Positions 37,686-51,720 of a stretch of 64,000 nt of DNA are shown piece after piece. Made by a program: the position numbers and the translations under genes. The DNA comes from Chara braunii (lineage: Eukaryota; Plantae; Charophyceae), in the NCBI GenBank assembly GCA_003427395.1, contig BFEA01000036.1, positions 4,813,583-4,877,582 of the forward strand, given 5' to 3'. The notes below the pieces were generated by a model. It saw only the letters and a program-made list of their open reading frames with translations, made no database searches and was not told where the DNA came from. How positions within the stretch are numbered: position 1 is the stretch's first letter; every line of letters begins with the position of its first letter.

Positions 37686-38879
37686 CATGCCGCTGTACTT
37701 TATCGTTATATATTTTGAAAAGTCGCGTTCGGGAACACCGGTTTTCAAGAGGGAAATAATACTGCCCACCGATCTTTGCGAGAGCTTCTCGTATGTCCCA
37801 CTGACAGATACGCGTCCTATCCTCGTTATACGGGAATGGGCGAAGAGGGGATACGGGAGGCTGGCGCCTAGTCGTGTTGAGCCCGTTAGTCCATATGGCA
37901 AAGAATCAAGAATAATTTAACCATTCATCGTGTGTATACAATCCTAGCAATCCAATCGGAAAGGCCAAATAGGAGAAACAGAGGGTTCGGAGAAAGAGAA
38001 AGAAAAACTCATGTGTGGCGAGACGCGACCACTATTTCGTGCTGAGATCGTGCGTGGCGAAACCGCATATATACTCGCAGCATTTCTTCGACAATCATAA
38101 ATCAAAGCATTCTTTTATTTCCAAATCCCAACAACATTGCCCCTGTCATCGACTCGCCCTAATCAAGATGGGTTTCGTACCCGTTCATTCTCATCTTCCA
38201 TGCATGCATTCACTGTGGAAGGTGCGAAAATGACAATCATGCAATTTTCCAACAAGGTGGCGTTAAGGGAAGAATCCTTAATGGTTAATACACGCGCATC
38301 CACCGTTCACAAGACAAAACCCACTAGATCGGGGGACTACCCAACAAACTAATGGGAGAGTTCCGGAAGAAATCATTCCAACATAGTCATCTTACTCGTT
38401 CCGTCACACGCCGACTTTTGGCTTATTACGTAGAACCATCCACATCCAGGAAGAAAGAGAAGGAGGAATGTGACAGAGACAGACGGGGATATCAAGATCA
38501 GAGAAAGGAGTTACACTGAGATTGGGAGAGGAAAAAAATAAGGTTCGGCTTTACCGCCGCAAAGTCACACCAGAGAATAGATTCGTAACCAAGATGGCGC
38601 ATTTGCCATCAAATTTCAACACGGCCCCGGGCCAATCATCCACTCAACTCAGATCACATGTCCGCATCCTTACACCGATGATCCCGGCCGTCGCACGTCA
38701 TCCTCCACCACTGCGATCGTCACCCCGCCAACTTAGTCTCGACGCGGCTTCCCTGGATCCCACAGTCCGTCGTGGCGATTTAGCACACCGCCCGCCAGTC
38801 TACAATCAGCTCGTCAGGACTTTCCGACTCGCACCATGCACATCCCCTAGTCACTACTTCCCCGAAGTTGGCCGATGAG

Positions 38880-39045
38880 TTGAGAGAGAGTTTTGCGGGG
38901 GCGCCGACGGAATTTATAGTTGTGAGAAGGGAGAGAGATGCGGAGAAGGGCGAAGGGTGAGGCAGAGGAGGGCACAGGAGAGTTTAGGCGTGAGTGCCCG
39001 TCGAAAGCCATGTGGATCCCTCCTAACTCGACGTCAGCCAATCAG
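38880..39045 (-). promoter_or_regulatory. Pol II promoter-like module in an unclassified insertion
   Basis: TGACGT (39031-39036, minus) and a CCAAT box (39036-39045), CTATAAAT (38912-38919, minus), then a pyrimidine-rich initiator-like tract. Confidence 0.4.
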
Positions 39046-39760
39046 AATCGTCGTGCAGTAAGAACTTACACGGCGCTTGTCCTTGGTTAGAGGGGGAGAG
39101 AGGATCAATTGGGTTTTCGAGCGCGGATCTGAGAGCGGCAAGAAGAGGAGCGCGAAGGATAGCACGAAATGGGTCCAAGATCCAGGTGATCAAGAAAGAG
39201 AAAAAAGGGCGTGCACTGAGAGGAGGAGGGAAAAGCAGTTACAGGGGGAGGGAGCGAGAAAGCATGCGCGCGCGAAAAAGGCGGTGAGAGGAGCGCAGGA
39301 GAAGGGAGCTTGCTTGCATGGCGCCGGTCGGCAAGAGGGAAATGGGCACCAAGACAGTTGCAGTTTTTCTCAATCCTATGCTAATTCGAAAATTGAAAGT
39401 ACCATATCCACGCGCAAAACAGGCGCGGGAACATCTTCCGTCCATCCATATTCCTACGAGAATTCCCGGAGCTTTCAAGGTCGGGGCCGAGAACATTCGC
39501 GCGCGGAAGGTCGCGCGGCATTCCGATAATTCCGGGATTTTTAACTGCCAAGCCAAATTCCAAGCACGCTCGCTAAGGCGCGCAAAATTCTCATGCATTT
39601 TCAAAACAACAACAAAAAAAAAGAAGGAAACTGACAGATTCCCGTACGGTACCCTTAATCGGGCACAGACAGAGGGTGGGGGGGGAGTCCCAGGGGTCGA
39701 ACTGTACACCTCTGGATGCAGGGAAACACGGGAAAAGGGAAGGGGTCCTAAAGACGGCGC

Positions 39761-40143
39761 AGGTCCCGAAGCTAGTATGTCACACACAAGTGGCATTCAG
39801 GAGGTCTTGGGTTCAATCCCCATTGGCCTCATGTACCTTCCTGGGCATGCTTGGCGCTTGCCACCTAGAGATAGCCCGTTGGTCCCCCCAATTGGCATTA
39901 AAAAGCAGGCTCTGCTGATGTTCATAGGGGGAGGGGTAATCCGGGAGGCACAGCGACTGGCCACTCAGATGATGCTGGGTCCCTCTGCCACCGGCTGTCC
40001 CCTGGCCGGTGGCCCCCGTTGGGGGTTCCCTGAAGGCTATCAGGACACCCTAAGGCTATCAGGCCACCCTGGGCTGAAAAGGCCACCGTTGTCAGATTAG
40101 ACACAAGATTGAATTTACCTGGGCTGGTAAAAAAAAAAAAAAA
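39761..40143 (+). mobile_element. Possible tRNA-derived SINE with poly(A) tail
   Basis: TGGCATTCAGGAGGTCTTGGGTTCAATCCCCATTGGCCTCA (tRNA 3'-half-like, B box), a GC-rich body, and an A-tract at 40129-40143, after which homology to the duplicate resumes. Confidence 0.35.
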
Positions 40144-41700
<1,557 letters not shown>

Positions 41701-42292
41701 CTAAGAGAGTGTGCGTAGGTAGCAGGTATTTAGGAGTGTACATGGGATGCTGGCTTCACCATCGGGATTCGCCGACCACGATTTGGTTCGGCCGTTTCAC
41801 TGTTGTGCGTTTTCGTTGCATTGTAGTTGAGTACTCTGGGGATTAGGAAGGGTCTCAGGTTGAGCACCAATCAATTACATTAGGTCGTTTCTTCTTGATC
41901 GTTGATGATCATGTTAGGATGGTGGCTGACTAGATGGAGTGGTAGTTAGGTGTAGTCAGTTCTCTTCTCGCTGCCTGCAACAGTACTTCGGCGAAAACCG
42001 AGTCTTTTGTCGCACCTCAGTTTCTGTCATTTTCTGTTTTTTCCTGGGAGCATGGCGGACGAAAGTCTGGAAGGGATGGTTAGCATTGGTATTTTAACCG
42101 CTTCTTGATGTTTCCTTACAGCGGTGTCTGTCTGTTAACTCTTCTTGTTCAGAGCGGCTGAAACTCAATTTCACACCGATCTCATTTCTGAGAGGTCCGG
42201 TTTGGTAATAACTGTTTGACGGCCGCTCTTGGAGTCAGTGCAGGTATTTGGAAATGACTTTTTTCTTCCCCCTAGCGAAGACATGTATATGA

Positions 42293-42471
42293 CGGGAAAA
42301 CGGAACGGCGTCTTTGGTTCGTTTTCTGATGCAAAATTCTTTCTGTTGTGTATGCGTTATCGTTATGGAAAAGAATAACGGGCGGGAAAACGGAACGGCG
42401 TCTTTGGTTCGTTTTCTGATGCAAAATTCTTTCTGTTGTGTATGCGTTATCGTGATGGAAAAGAATAACGG
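42293..42471. repeat. 90-bp direct tandem duplication
   Basis: cgggaaaacggaacggcgtctttggttcg...aagaataacgg occurs twice. Confidence 0.9.
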
Positions 42472-42795
42472 GTGGATTATGAGCTCGAATCCTGAGGGGA
42501 TCTAATAGATACAGAACGAAAATGTCTTTGTAGGAGGCTGCCCATTACTGAGGCTTATGAGAGCTTCCTCCAGTAATGAAAAATATCCTCTCCAGACAGC
42601 TTCAGTCTATTGGTGGGACGGAACACCTGCTGTCCAGCGGGCCACATGAGCCCGCACTCACCAAAGTCTGACCATGGACGCGGCCAGATACATCCTGGAA
42701 AGAGCTTGTGCGAGTACGGCCTGAATCCATGAGAAGAGTACTCGTGCATTGACTGCCTCCTGTTCTGAAGAGGGCTTAACTGCCTGAGTAATACC

Positions 42796-42826
<31 letters not shown>

Positions 42827-43365
42827 AACAAAAAAAAAACAGGACCTTAACAAGACATAGTATGCCACTGAGTGCTATCTGAATGCTAACTGCATGTAAA
42901 CGAACCATTCAATAATAAGAATGAAAGAGGTAGGCGCTCATATGGTCGGATTTAGAGAATGGCAACAAGTATGCAGTCTAGTGGCTGCCCCTTNAAGAAA
43001 GAAAGAACAAGTGCAACGGGGCAACAGGTGTTTTGAGGGGTTTGTGGTTTTCCTTGGTTTGCTTTTTGGTTCGTACCTCGTATTTTTGCGTTCTGGTGGT
43101 TGAAAAGTGGCTATGGAAACAACAAAACAAAAAAAAAACGACGCACGGGCTCACAGCTGCTTGTGTTCAGAGGGATGGATGGGGCAGGGCTCTCTAAAGA
43201 TAGTAGTGTGTATAAAATAACTGTGTGATTCCTCTGCAGACGTGTTTGGACTTGGCATGGCACCCGAATCAGACAAGGTACCATTCCCCTGGCAGAAAGT
43301 TTTTTCCGTTTTCCAAATTTCAAACGGAAAACCGGCAAGTACGTTGATGCCACTTCTGAGTATGG

Positions 43366-44445
43366 TGTAATGAACCCAGTCTAGCAGATACTCATAGACG
43401 TCAAGCACAAGTAGCCTCAGACCTGCACATGGACAAGTAGCCTCACACCTGCACAAGGTCTCCAGTTAACGTGAACGTCGTGAAGTGATATCTGAAACAG
43501 TATCTTGCTACCATAAGACGAAGAGAGTGAAAGGGGAATAGACAGAGGAGAAGGTGGGAGAGATGAACAACGATCACACAAGACTAATCCAATCAATCGC
43601 CACTTCTTCTCCGGGACCAGTATAGATAACAAGTATGAGAATACTGATCACACAGCAGTGCCACGTGGCACTTCTCCTGAAGACCATGAAGACAACAGCA
43701 GAATACAGTGATGCGGTCAACCTCAGGTGAGTACCCAATCCCAATCATCCACAGACCCCGATCTCCCTCCTTGTTGCAACCAGTCACCTCATGGAGACAG
43801 CGTGGCCAATGCCATGTCAGATGTAGAGACAGGTGGCATGCACCTCTTCAGCAATGCAGACCAGTGGCATGCGCCACATCAGCAATGTAGACCAGTGGCA
43901 TGCGCCACATCAGCAATGTAGACAAGTGGCATGCGCCACATCAGCAATGCCTGGCGCACAGAACAGAAAGCACCAGCATGCTGCCACAACCCTGCGTCGT
44001 CGTCCACAGTTCCTGCGCACATCCAGCGTCAATGCCAGCGTCCAGTCACCCAGCGTCGAAGCAGCATAGCAAGACTGAATATCCACCTCCTAGAGACCAG
44101 TCCTTTTGTAGCATTTGATGAGGCTGTCTGGTCTCGGGTTCCTCGACCACAGTCGTACAGATTGACTCTCAGCCGAGGGCCTGGATTGTGTACAGTTGCA
44201 GACTTCCCCATGGACCTGATGTTGTCTGGGTACCTGCATACAAACAAGTGTGTGCATCTGACCAGCAGCCTGGGCTGGGTACACTTTGACTTACTGTTGG
44301 GGTCTCCGGCAGTTGACTTTAGTCAACTGTATCTCCTCCAGGCCCTGAATCTTTACGTGGGGTTTATTTTCCCTTTCACCCTGGGTCTGATTGTGGCCCG
44401 GAGGCCCTCAGACTTTCCACGAGGCATACAGCATGGGTTATTACG
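43366..44445 (-). mobile_element. 3' LTR of the chromovirus, with ~4 x 31-bp internal tandem repeats
   Basis: Termini tgtaatgaaccc / gggttattacg. Repeat gaccagtggcatgcgccacatcagcaatgta at ~43828-43950. Adjoins the chromodomain end of pol. Confidence 0.8.
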
Positions 44446-45855
44446 TTCCTGCCGGCCCAATTTTTGAGTTCCATTGTAGAAATACATCAATTCTCCCTTA
44501 TCCCACGTTCGTATGCAGTCAGGAGTTTTTTCTTACTAAACCATCTGGCTTCAGATGGAGGTTGGGACTTGAACTGTACGATATACTGCTTCTCAGGTCT
44601 TCCTTTGCCACCTATAGAGAAATAGCCATGTTCCAGTATCCTTTCAACTTCATAACCTCCATTCATAGGAGGTGGAAACATAGATAGCATATTCGGAAAA
44701 GTATCTCCTTCTACATAGGGCAGCAGTTTAGACGCATGGAAGACAGGATATGTCATTAGGGGTGGAGGTACATCTATACGGTAGGAAGGTCCATCTGCAT
44801 CTCCAATCACCTTCTGAACTGCCTAGGAGCTATAGTAGACAGGTAGCAGTTCTTTAGATACATTTTCTTCTAAGGAAAATTCTTTAGATTTAACCTGAAG
44901 ATCTACTTTTTTAAATTGCGAATTCACGTGTACGTGAGGCTAGCCTCTGAATCTGGCCCCTTGTTAATGCATCAATGGGACGCCTAGGCTTCCACCCTCT
45001 ATGCAGTGCATTAGGCGTTCTACATGTAACAATATTTATACTATTATTGTAGGTACTAGCAATCTTAGGCAAGTTCTCATCTCAATCTACCTTGCAATGT
45101 TGGACCTACATTCGCAAAAGTTGCTGGCAAAGACAGTTCATTTGCTCAGTTTGGCCATTTATTTCAGAATGTCTGCCTGACGACATGGTGAGTCTGATCT
45201 CATAGACTTCCATCAACTTCTACCATTGTAGACTAGAGAACCGAACATCTCTGTCAGAAACGATGGTTTTCGAAAATCCATACTCAGAAACCCATTGCAT
45301 CTGAAACTTCTGGATAACCAGTTGGGTTCTAGCTTCGGCAGGCAAAGGAATGAACATAGCATACGTTGCGAATCTATCTACGATGACCATTATCTGACTG
45401 TTGTCATTTTGACACCAAGTGAGACTCATAAAGTCCATGGAAATAGAATCACTTGGTTCACTCGGAATAGGCAGCGGTCTCAGAAGTCCCGTCGGATGCT
45501 CATGTGAGGGTTTGTTCCTTTGACAGACAAGACAAGTCCGCACATAGGCTAGTGCATTTTCCTTCATTCCTTTTCATTTAAAACGTTCACGCAAATTAAC
45601 ATGCGTCCTATGAATCTCCCACGGAGGCGACCGTGGTCGGCCATGGTCGAGGCCGCGGCTGGGGCGATGAGGCCGCAATCCCGAGGCCATAGCCGCGTCG
45701 CCGCGGGACTTTGTGCTCACGTAGCGGCCAAGGAGGGGGGGGGGGGCGGTTAAAAACAAATTGGGGTTACACAAACCCCGCCCCAACCCCTCAAAGAAAA
45801 AGAAAAGAAAAAAAAACAATTTTCAAGTGGGGGAGGTCGTGATGCAAGTTGAAAA

Positions 45856-45894
<39 letters not shown>

Positions 45895-48800
45895 GGTTAC
45901 CTGACCGACCGTTCGGGGGCCCCCGGATGTTCGGGCGTTCGGGGGCCAAACACCTACAGGTTCGGCTTCCGCCAAAAATATTTTCGGGACCTAAAAATAG
46001 GTTTTTTTTCCTGAATTTTTTTTGTGAGTTTTGTATGATGTAACCTACACGCCTAAAAATTTTGAAGCGATTCTGCGAAGCCAAAAAAACATAAAAAATC
46101 ATCAAAGATGGGGGTGTCAAAACGTGCTCGCCCGCTCACTATTTTGTTTTTTTTCACTTTTAAGTTTTTGTTTTCACTTTATTTCGGGGCCTAAAACATT
46201 TTATTGTTTTTTTAAATTGTTTTATTGAGTTATTGATTATGTAAACTACGTATATGTAAATTTTCAGGGCATTTGTCAATGCCAAAAAGTAATTACAAAT
46301 TGGCAAAGATGGCTGTGTCGAAAAGGTGTTGGCACACTCACTCCTTTTAAATGTCTTTTTATTTTTTCTTATTTTTATCATAGTGTTTATTTTATGTATT
46401 TGATTTTTAATTCAAATTTGGTAAAGAATTTGGATGTAGTTCCCAGGCAAATGTTGTTTAGTTTCTTTTTCTCCATAACATATGTTTCTTTCGGAATTGT
46501 TNNNNNNNNNNNNNNNNNNNNNNNNGGGTCCCGTACGTTCGGGAGTTCGGGTTTGGGCGTTCGGCTCGTCCCGAACGCCGGCTACTCTGTATATATATAT
46601 ATTTTTTAACTATTTGTTATTTTTTAGGTTTTTATTTTTTTTCCGCTGATTGATTGATTAATTGGTGGGGGAGGGGTCGCCCCCCCCCCCGAACCACCCC
46701 TCACACACACACACACACACACACATACTAATCGTCCTTACAGAAAAACAATGCTATTTTATTTTTATTTTAATTTTTATTTCTTGATTTTTCGTTATTA
46801 AAAAAAAAAAAAAAAAAAACTACATGAATTTAAAGAAGACAATGAACTGCCAACCAGAAATCCCCCCTCCCCAAAAAAAAATATTATTATTTTTTTTTTT
46901 CAATTTTTTCTCTTCGCCTTTTTTGCTATTTATTTTTATAATTTCAAAAAATTCATTGTTTTCTTAAAAATAAATATGGGGTCGGAGGGTTTGAAAAACT
47001 TTATAACCTTTTTTTTTATGCCTATTATTGTTTACGGAAAAAATCCGTGAAAAACGGGGCCGCTATGGGACCCACCTCAGCCCTGGATGTGACCATGAAT
47101 ATGACCGCTCTTTGAGTCTGACCCTCGGCCACGGCCACGGGGATACATAACATATGTCTTCTTAAAACCAAAGTGACCTTACGCATCATGCCATTCCCCA
47201 ATTATAAAATTTTTGATTTGTTCTTTGTGAGGAACACACAATCTTTCTTCGGTTTTATTCAGAAAGAAGAGGAAGTCATCAGTCATTTGATATTATAGGA
47301 ATAACTCAGGGTTTTTTCGTAGAGTCTCAATGATAGGACTCCAAACAGGATCACTCCCATAACCCTTTCAGATTTGTTCTTTCAGTTTGTTCCTGATATC
47401 GAGGTAGGAGACAATAGTTCCAAGGAAGTCTGCACGTTTGGACAAAGCATCCGCAACCACGTTAGACTTACCTTTGATTGTTTTCAACTCAAAGTCAAAG
47501 GTATCAATGAAAACGAACCATCTTACAGTAAAGTGTCTCCCTAACAAGTAGTGTTCTCAGGTTTCTAGTGCAACAACAAAGGCATACAATTCCCTAAGAC
47601 TTTCGTAGGTGGAGTTAGCTACTTTCTCTGACGGTAGTCTCCTGGACATAAACTGAATAGGTCTACATCCCTTATCGTCATCTTATTGTAGCTCAACCTC
47701 AATTTCATACTGACTTGCGTCAGTTGTGACGATGAAAGAGAGAAAAGGGTTAACAATTTTTAAGACAGGGTAATGAGTCAGTAGATGTTTTAACTTTCGA
47801 AATGAAGACTCACAATCCTTGTCCCACAACCAAGATTTTTTTTTCTTCAGTAGTCTTCTTATAGGTGCAACTATCAAAGAGAAGTTTCAGACGACCTTCC
47901 TATAGTATCTCGCACGTCCTAAAAAATATTTAAATTCACTTCTAGTCTTAGGTTGGGGTCAATGTCGAATTGTTGTAATCTTCTTTTCCTCTAGCCTTAA
48001 ACCTTCCGCATTCACTATGTTGTCTAAGTAAAGTACCTTCGGCTTAGCGAATTCAAATTTTTTGGGGTTCGATTTGAAGTTGCCCTTATGCAAATTTTGC
48101 AAAATCATTCGTAGATGTTTCTCGTGATATCCTAGTGTCTTACAGTATAGTGGAATATCGTTAAGATAGACTGTTACGAATTGGGCAAGCCATTGTCGAA
48201 ACAACTCGTTCATTAACCTTTGGAAGGTCGCACGTGCATTAGTCAGACCGAAAGGCATAACAACAAACTCGTAGTGATCATACCTGGTTCGGAAAGTCAT
48301 CTTGACTTGATCCTCAAGAGCCACCTCGATCAGGTGGTACCCTGACTTGAGATCAATGTTACTTAAGTACTTGCATCTCTGCAACTGGTCCAACAGGTCG
48401 TCAATTTGCAAAAGAGGTTTCGCGCTTTTCACAGTGATGGGGTTCAACCCTCGTTAATCAATACATAATTGAAGCTCACATTCCTTTTGGGGCACGAATA
48501 AGACAGGGGCACCATAAGGAGATGAGCTATGGCGAATTCATCCCTTGTCAGTAAGTTCTTGCAACTGTTTTCGAAGATCTACAAGTTCCCTGAGAGATAT
48601 TCAGTAGATGGGACCCTTGGAAATCTTGCTTTCGGGAATAATCTCAATTGTGTGCTTGATAGCACGCTCAGTAATTCCCGTCAGCTCGGTTTCCAAGTTT
48701 TTTGTACTCGTCGTTAAGTTTTTCGATAGGAGGTGGACAGGATGCAGAACACTCACCGACTCGTTTGACAAGCACCATGATCTCCTCATGATCCAACTTT

Positions 48801-49434
48801 TTCTTAACTACTATCAAACGAAAAGTTGGATACTCATATAACAGAAAGACAGAGTAGAGTCAAAGTCATACCTATGATACAACTTTATCGCTCGAGTTTC
48901 AGACTTCACGTCCTTTATTTTGACAATTTTGTCTTTGAACATGACTTCGGGGTCGGCTTCTTCGTGGCAATCCATACCCAGAATCATGTGAAAGGGCAGA
49001 TTTTTTTCTCTATAAGGAAGGATATCTCATGTAGGATCTTCTTACTTTCCTTGGTCCTGAAATAACATTTGACACGATCGACGTATTGAGAGACAGTGAT
49101 CGTGCTCTTGTCAGCGAGTATGGACGTAATAGGTCAAGGTAAATTTTTTACCTTCATTCCCAGATGTAATTTGTGAATTGCCTTCTCTGAGATATAAGAC
49201 CGCGTCGATCCAGGATCTAAAAGTGCACCTACTCGCGTGTGCACAATTCCAATATCCGCGATCATTAATTCACTCTTAGTCTTCGTTTTCTTAGTCCACG
49301 AACTTCGAAGTGCTATGAGTTCATTGCCGAGTTCGCCAAGGGAATCGTCCAGTGAGACAAAGCAAAGAATAGCGTCAGGGTGCTCTGGACGATGGGCCGA
49401 AGAAGAGTCATCCTCTGCCTTTAGAGTCGAAAGG
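44446..49434 (-). mobile_element. Ty3/gypsy chromovirus pol remnant (PR-RT-RH-IN-chromodomain)
   Basis: ALLDPGSTRSYIS (protease, ~49200); IDLKSGYH, MPFGLTNA, VYLND (RT); TTDASQY (RNase H); CLVCQRNK, SMDF, IVSDRD (integrase); YEVERILEH...ARW (chromodomain). Confidence 0.92.
45571..47191. mobile_element. Non-coding insertion in the integrase, 6-bp TSD cattcc; contains a TA-flanked nested element (45892-46589)
   Basis: cattcc at 45565-45570 and 47192-47197. Removing the insert restores FYNWGMKENA. Confidence 0.65.
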
Positions 49435-50701
49435 AATATAAAATTCGTGAAAACCTAACAAAATAAAATGTTAGGTTTGCACGAAAAATTTTAAAGATTC
49501 TGATAATATTTTTTTCAAGCCTCCTACATGAATAAAATTTTATGTGAAGTAAATTAACCGCAAAAAAAAAATTAGAAAACTACTTTTTCAGAACCACTAG
49601 AAGTGATGAGGAGAGAAGAATTTTTTTTTACAAAAAATTTGTACCTTGCAAAGCACCGTTAAATCAGGAACTGAAATATCACAATATTTTGTTTAACTAA
49701 AAAAATCATATTTATAGTTCTGTAAGGTATGTAGCACGAAGAACCTATTCTGGGGTTTCCCAAACATGCACACATGCTCTCCTATTCACGAATACATTCG
49801 CTTGGATATGTTCTCTCATATATGGATGAATTTTATTTTTTAATTTTAAATCATCGTTGGCTAGGAATATCAAAATGTCTCCCAGCCAAAAGTTGTTTTA
49901 ATTATTCTCTTACATAACATATATTTTTTGACAAGGGTTTTACGGTTAACTGAAAAATGAAGGTATATTAATTTATAATTTTATAAATTCGATTTCGCAG
50001 AATCTGATTTTTACCAAATTGTTGAAAACGACTTATAGTTTTATAAATGATTATTCACTGAAACTGTTTTTTTTTAACATATTTCGGATTCGCCTTGTAG
50101 CCGTTAAAGATTGTCTTTTTTTAGCTATGCTTTTTGTCAATCTACTAAGAACGACTTATAGTCCTATAACATGCTCTTTGCTGGAAAGAATTTTCTTGCA
50201 CATTTTGAGAATCGCTAGACTTTTTGCCTGTTTTTTTGCCTCCTTTCTTGGAAAACAGCTAAAAACGCTCTCTTTTATGTGTCAAAAATAACCTATGATA
50301 AAATTTCGGATATCCGACAGACCCATTTTATCCGGAATTTTCAATCCGGATGAATTTTCCGGATTGATTCAGGATATGGAAAATCCGGCCCTGCGCAAAA
50401 TAATTTTTTTTACCAAACAAGAAGAAAATTCAAAAAAATATGGAAAAAAAGTATGTTGTTCCGATGAATGATACGAACAACATTTGGACAGAGGTCATCT
50501 TTGATATCTCAACAGATATAAAAATAAAAAATAAAACAGAAGAAGAAAATAATATTAAAATAAAAAATTACAGAATGAATTAAGCATCCCCCCTCTAAAC
50601 TTCTTTATTCCCTATCTTACCCCTTTTGAACCCTTCAATGCCCTTTTAAGCTTTTCATGAAATAAGAATATAGTTCTACTGTATTTTCCATGCGCAATAT
50701 C

Positions 50702-50750
<49 letters not shown>

Positions 50751-50927
50751 TTAATCTTTCGGATTTTCGGTTGATCCTACCCCCCCATCATCCAGCCAAA
50801 TAATCTGACCAGATTATCCGGCCAGATACCCAATTTATCATAGAAAACAACAGTTTGACTTTTACTTTTTCATTCTATAAAAAATGTTAGGTTTTGTGGT
50901 TTTGTTAGGTTTTCACGAATCAGTTTT
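49435..50927. mobile_element. MITE family B copy, in opposite orientation to 28158-29101
   Basis: attcgtgaaaacctaacaaa / tgttaggttttcacgaat ends. Internal sequence is the reverse complement of 28158-29101. No clear TSD. Confidence 0.8.
50293..50843. mobile_element. Nested hAT-like MITE
   Basis: TIR CTATGATAAA/TTTATCATAG; 8-bp TSD aaaataac/aaaacaac; subterminal tccgga-like motifs. Confidence 0.8.
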
Positions 50928-51154
50928 CGCAGTTGTTCACGAGCTTCGCGCATGTGCCCTCCGCTCAGCATAGAAACATCGGTGAGACACTCTTTTTAAA
51001 GAAGCAATAATTGTGAAGATTTATTTCAAAGTGATTCAGGTCATTTTTCAAATATTTGTCCCTTAGGCGTTTCTAAGACCTCGGTTTGAAAGTAGCAATT
51101 TCTAGTACTTTTTGGTTCGTTCTTGCGCGTTAGAAATGGTGTCAACATTCGCCT

Positions 51155-51720
51155 TTTTCTCTCGCCTTTGTGCGTTACAGTTTATAGAACTATAAACGGA
51201 ATGAAGAATTCCAAAGCTGAGATGGTTTTTTACGTTCCAATTTATAGGACTATAAATACGCAAATGTCAAGATGTCTGACTTCGGTACAAGGGCGCACAT
51301 TTTCGGAGTGCTTCTTTATTTTTTTTTTTCTCGCATGTTTGTGCATCACAGTTTGTAGAACTATAAACGGAATGGAGAATTCCAAAGCTGACATGTTTTT
51401 TTGCTTTCCAATTTTTAGGACTATAAATATGCAAATGCCAAGATGTCTGACTTCGGTACAAGGGCGCGCATTTTCGGAGTGCTTCTTTGTTTTTTTTTTT
51501 CTCGTATGTTTGTGCGTCATGGTTTATAGAACTATAAATCAAATGGAGAATTCCGAAGCTGATATGGTTTTTTGCCATCCAATTTATAGGACTATAAATA
51601 CGCAAATGTCAAGATGTCTGGCTTCGGTACAAGGACGCACATTTTCGGCGTGCTTCTTTATTTTTATTTTTTCTAGTGTGTCTTTGCCGCTTGTTTTATA
51701 GAACTACAAACAGAATTCGG
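51155..51720. repeat. 171-bp tandem repeat, ~3.3 copies
   Basis: ttt(a/g)tagaacta at ~51181, 51352, 51523 and 51696. Confidence 0.9.

Larger units (their letters stand above)
30008..37730 (+). mobile_element. Penelope-like element 2 (ORF1 + GIY-YIG-RT) with ~50-bp terminal direct repeat, interrupted by a solo LTR
   Basis: gggtccatgccg-tgtactttatc-ttatatattt-aaaagtcgcgttc at 30008 and 37681. Coding remnants lie between. Absent from the duplicated copy. Confidence 0.88.

Noticed and set aside
39077-40100. 260-aa, 185-aa and 150-aa ORFs
   Set aside because: They cross apparent element boundaries and show no domain motifs; chance ORFs in GC-rich repeat DNA.
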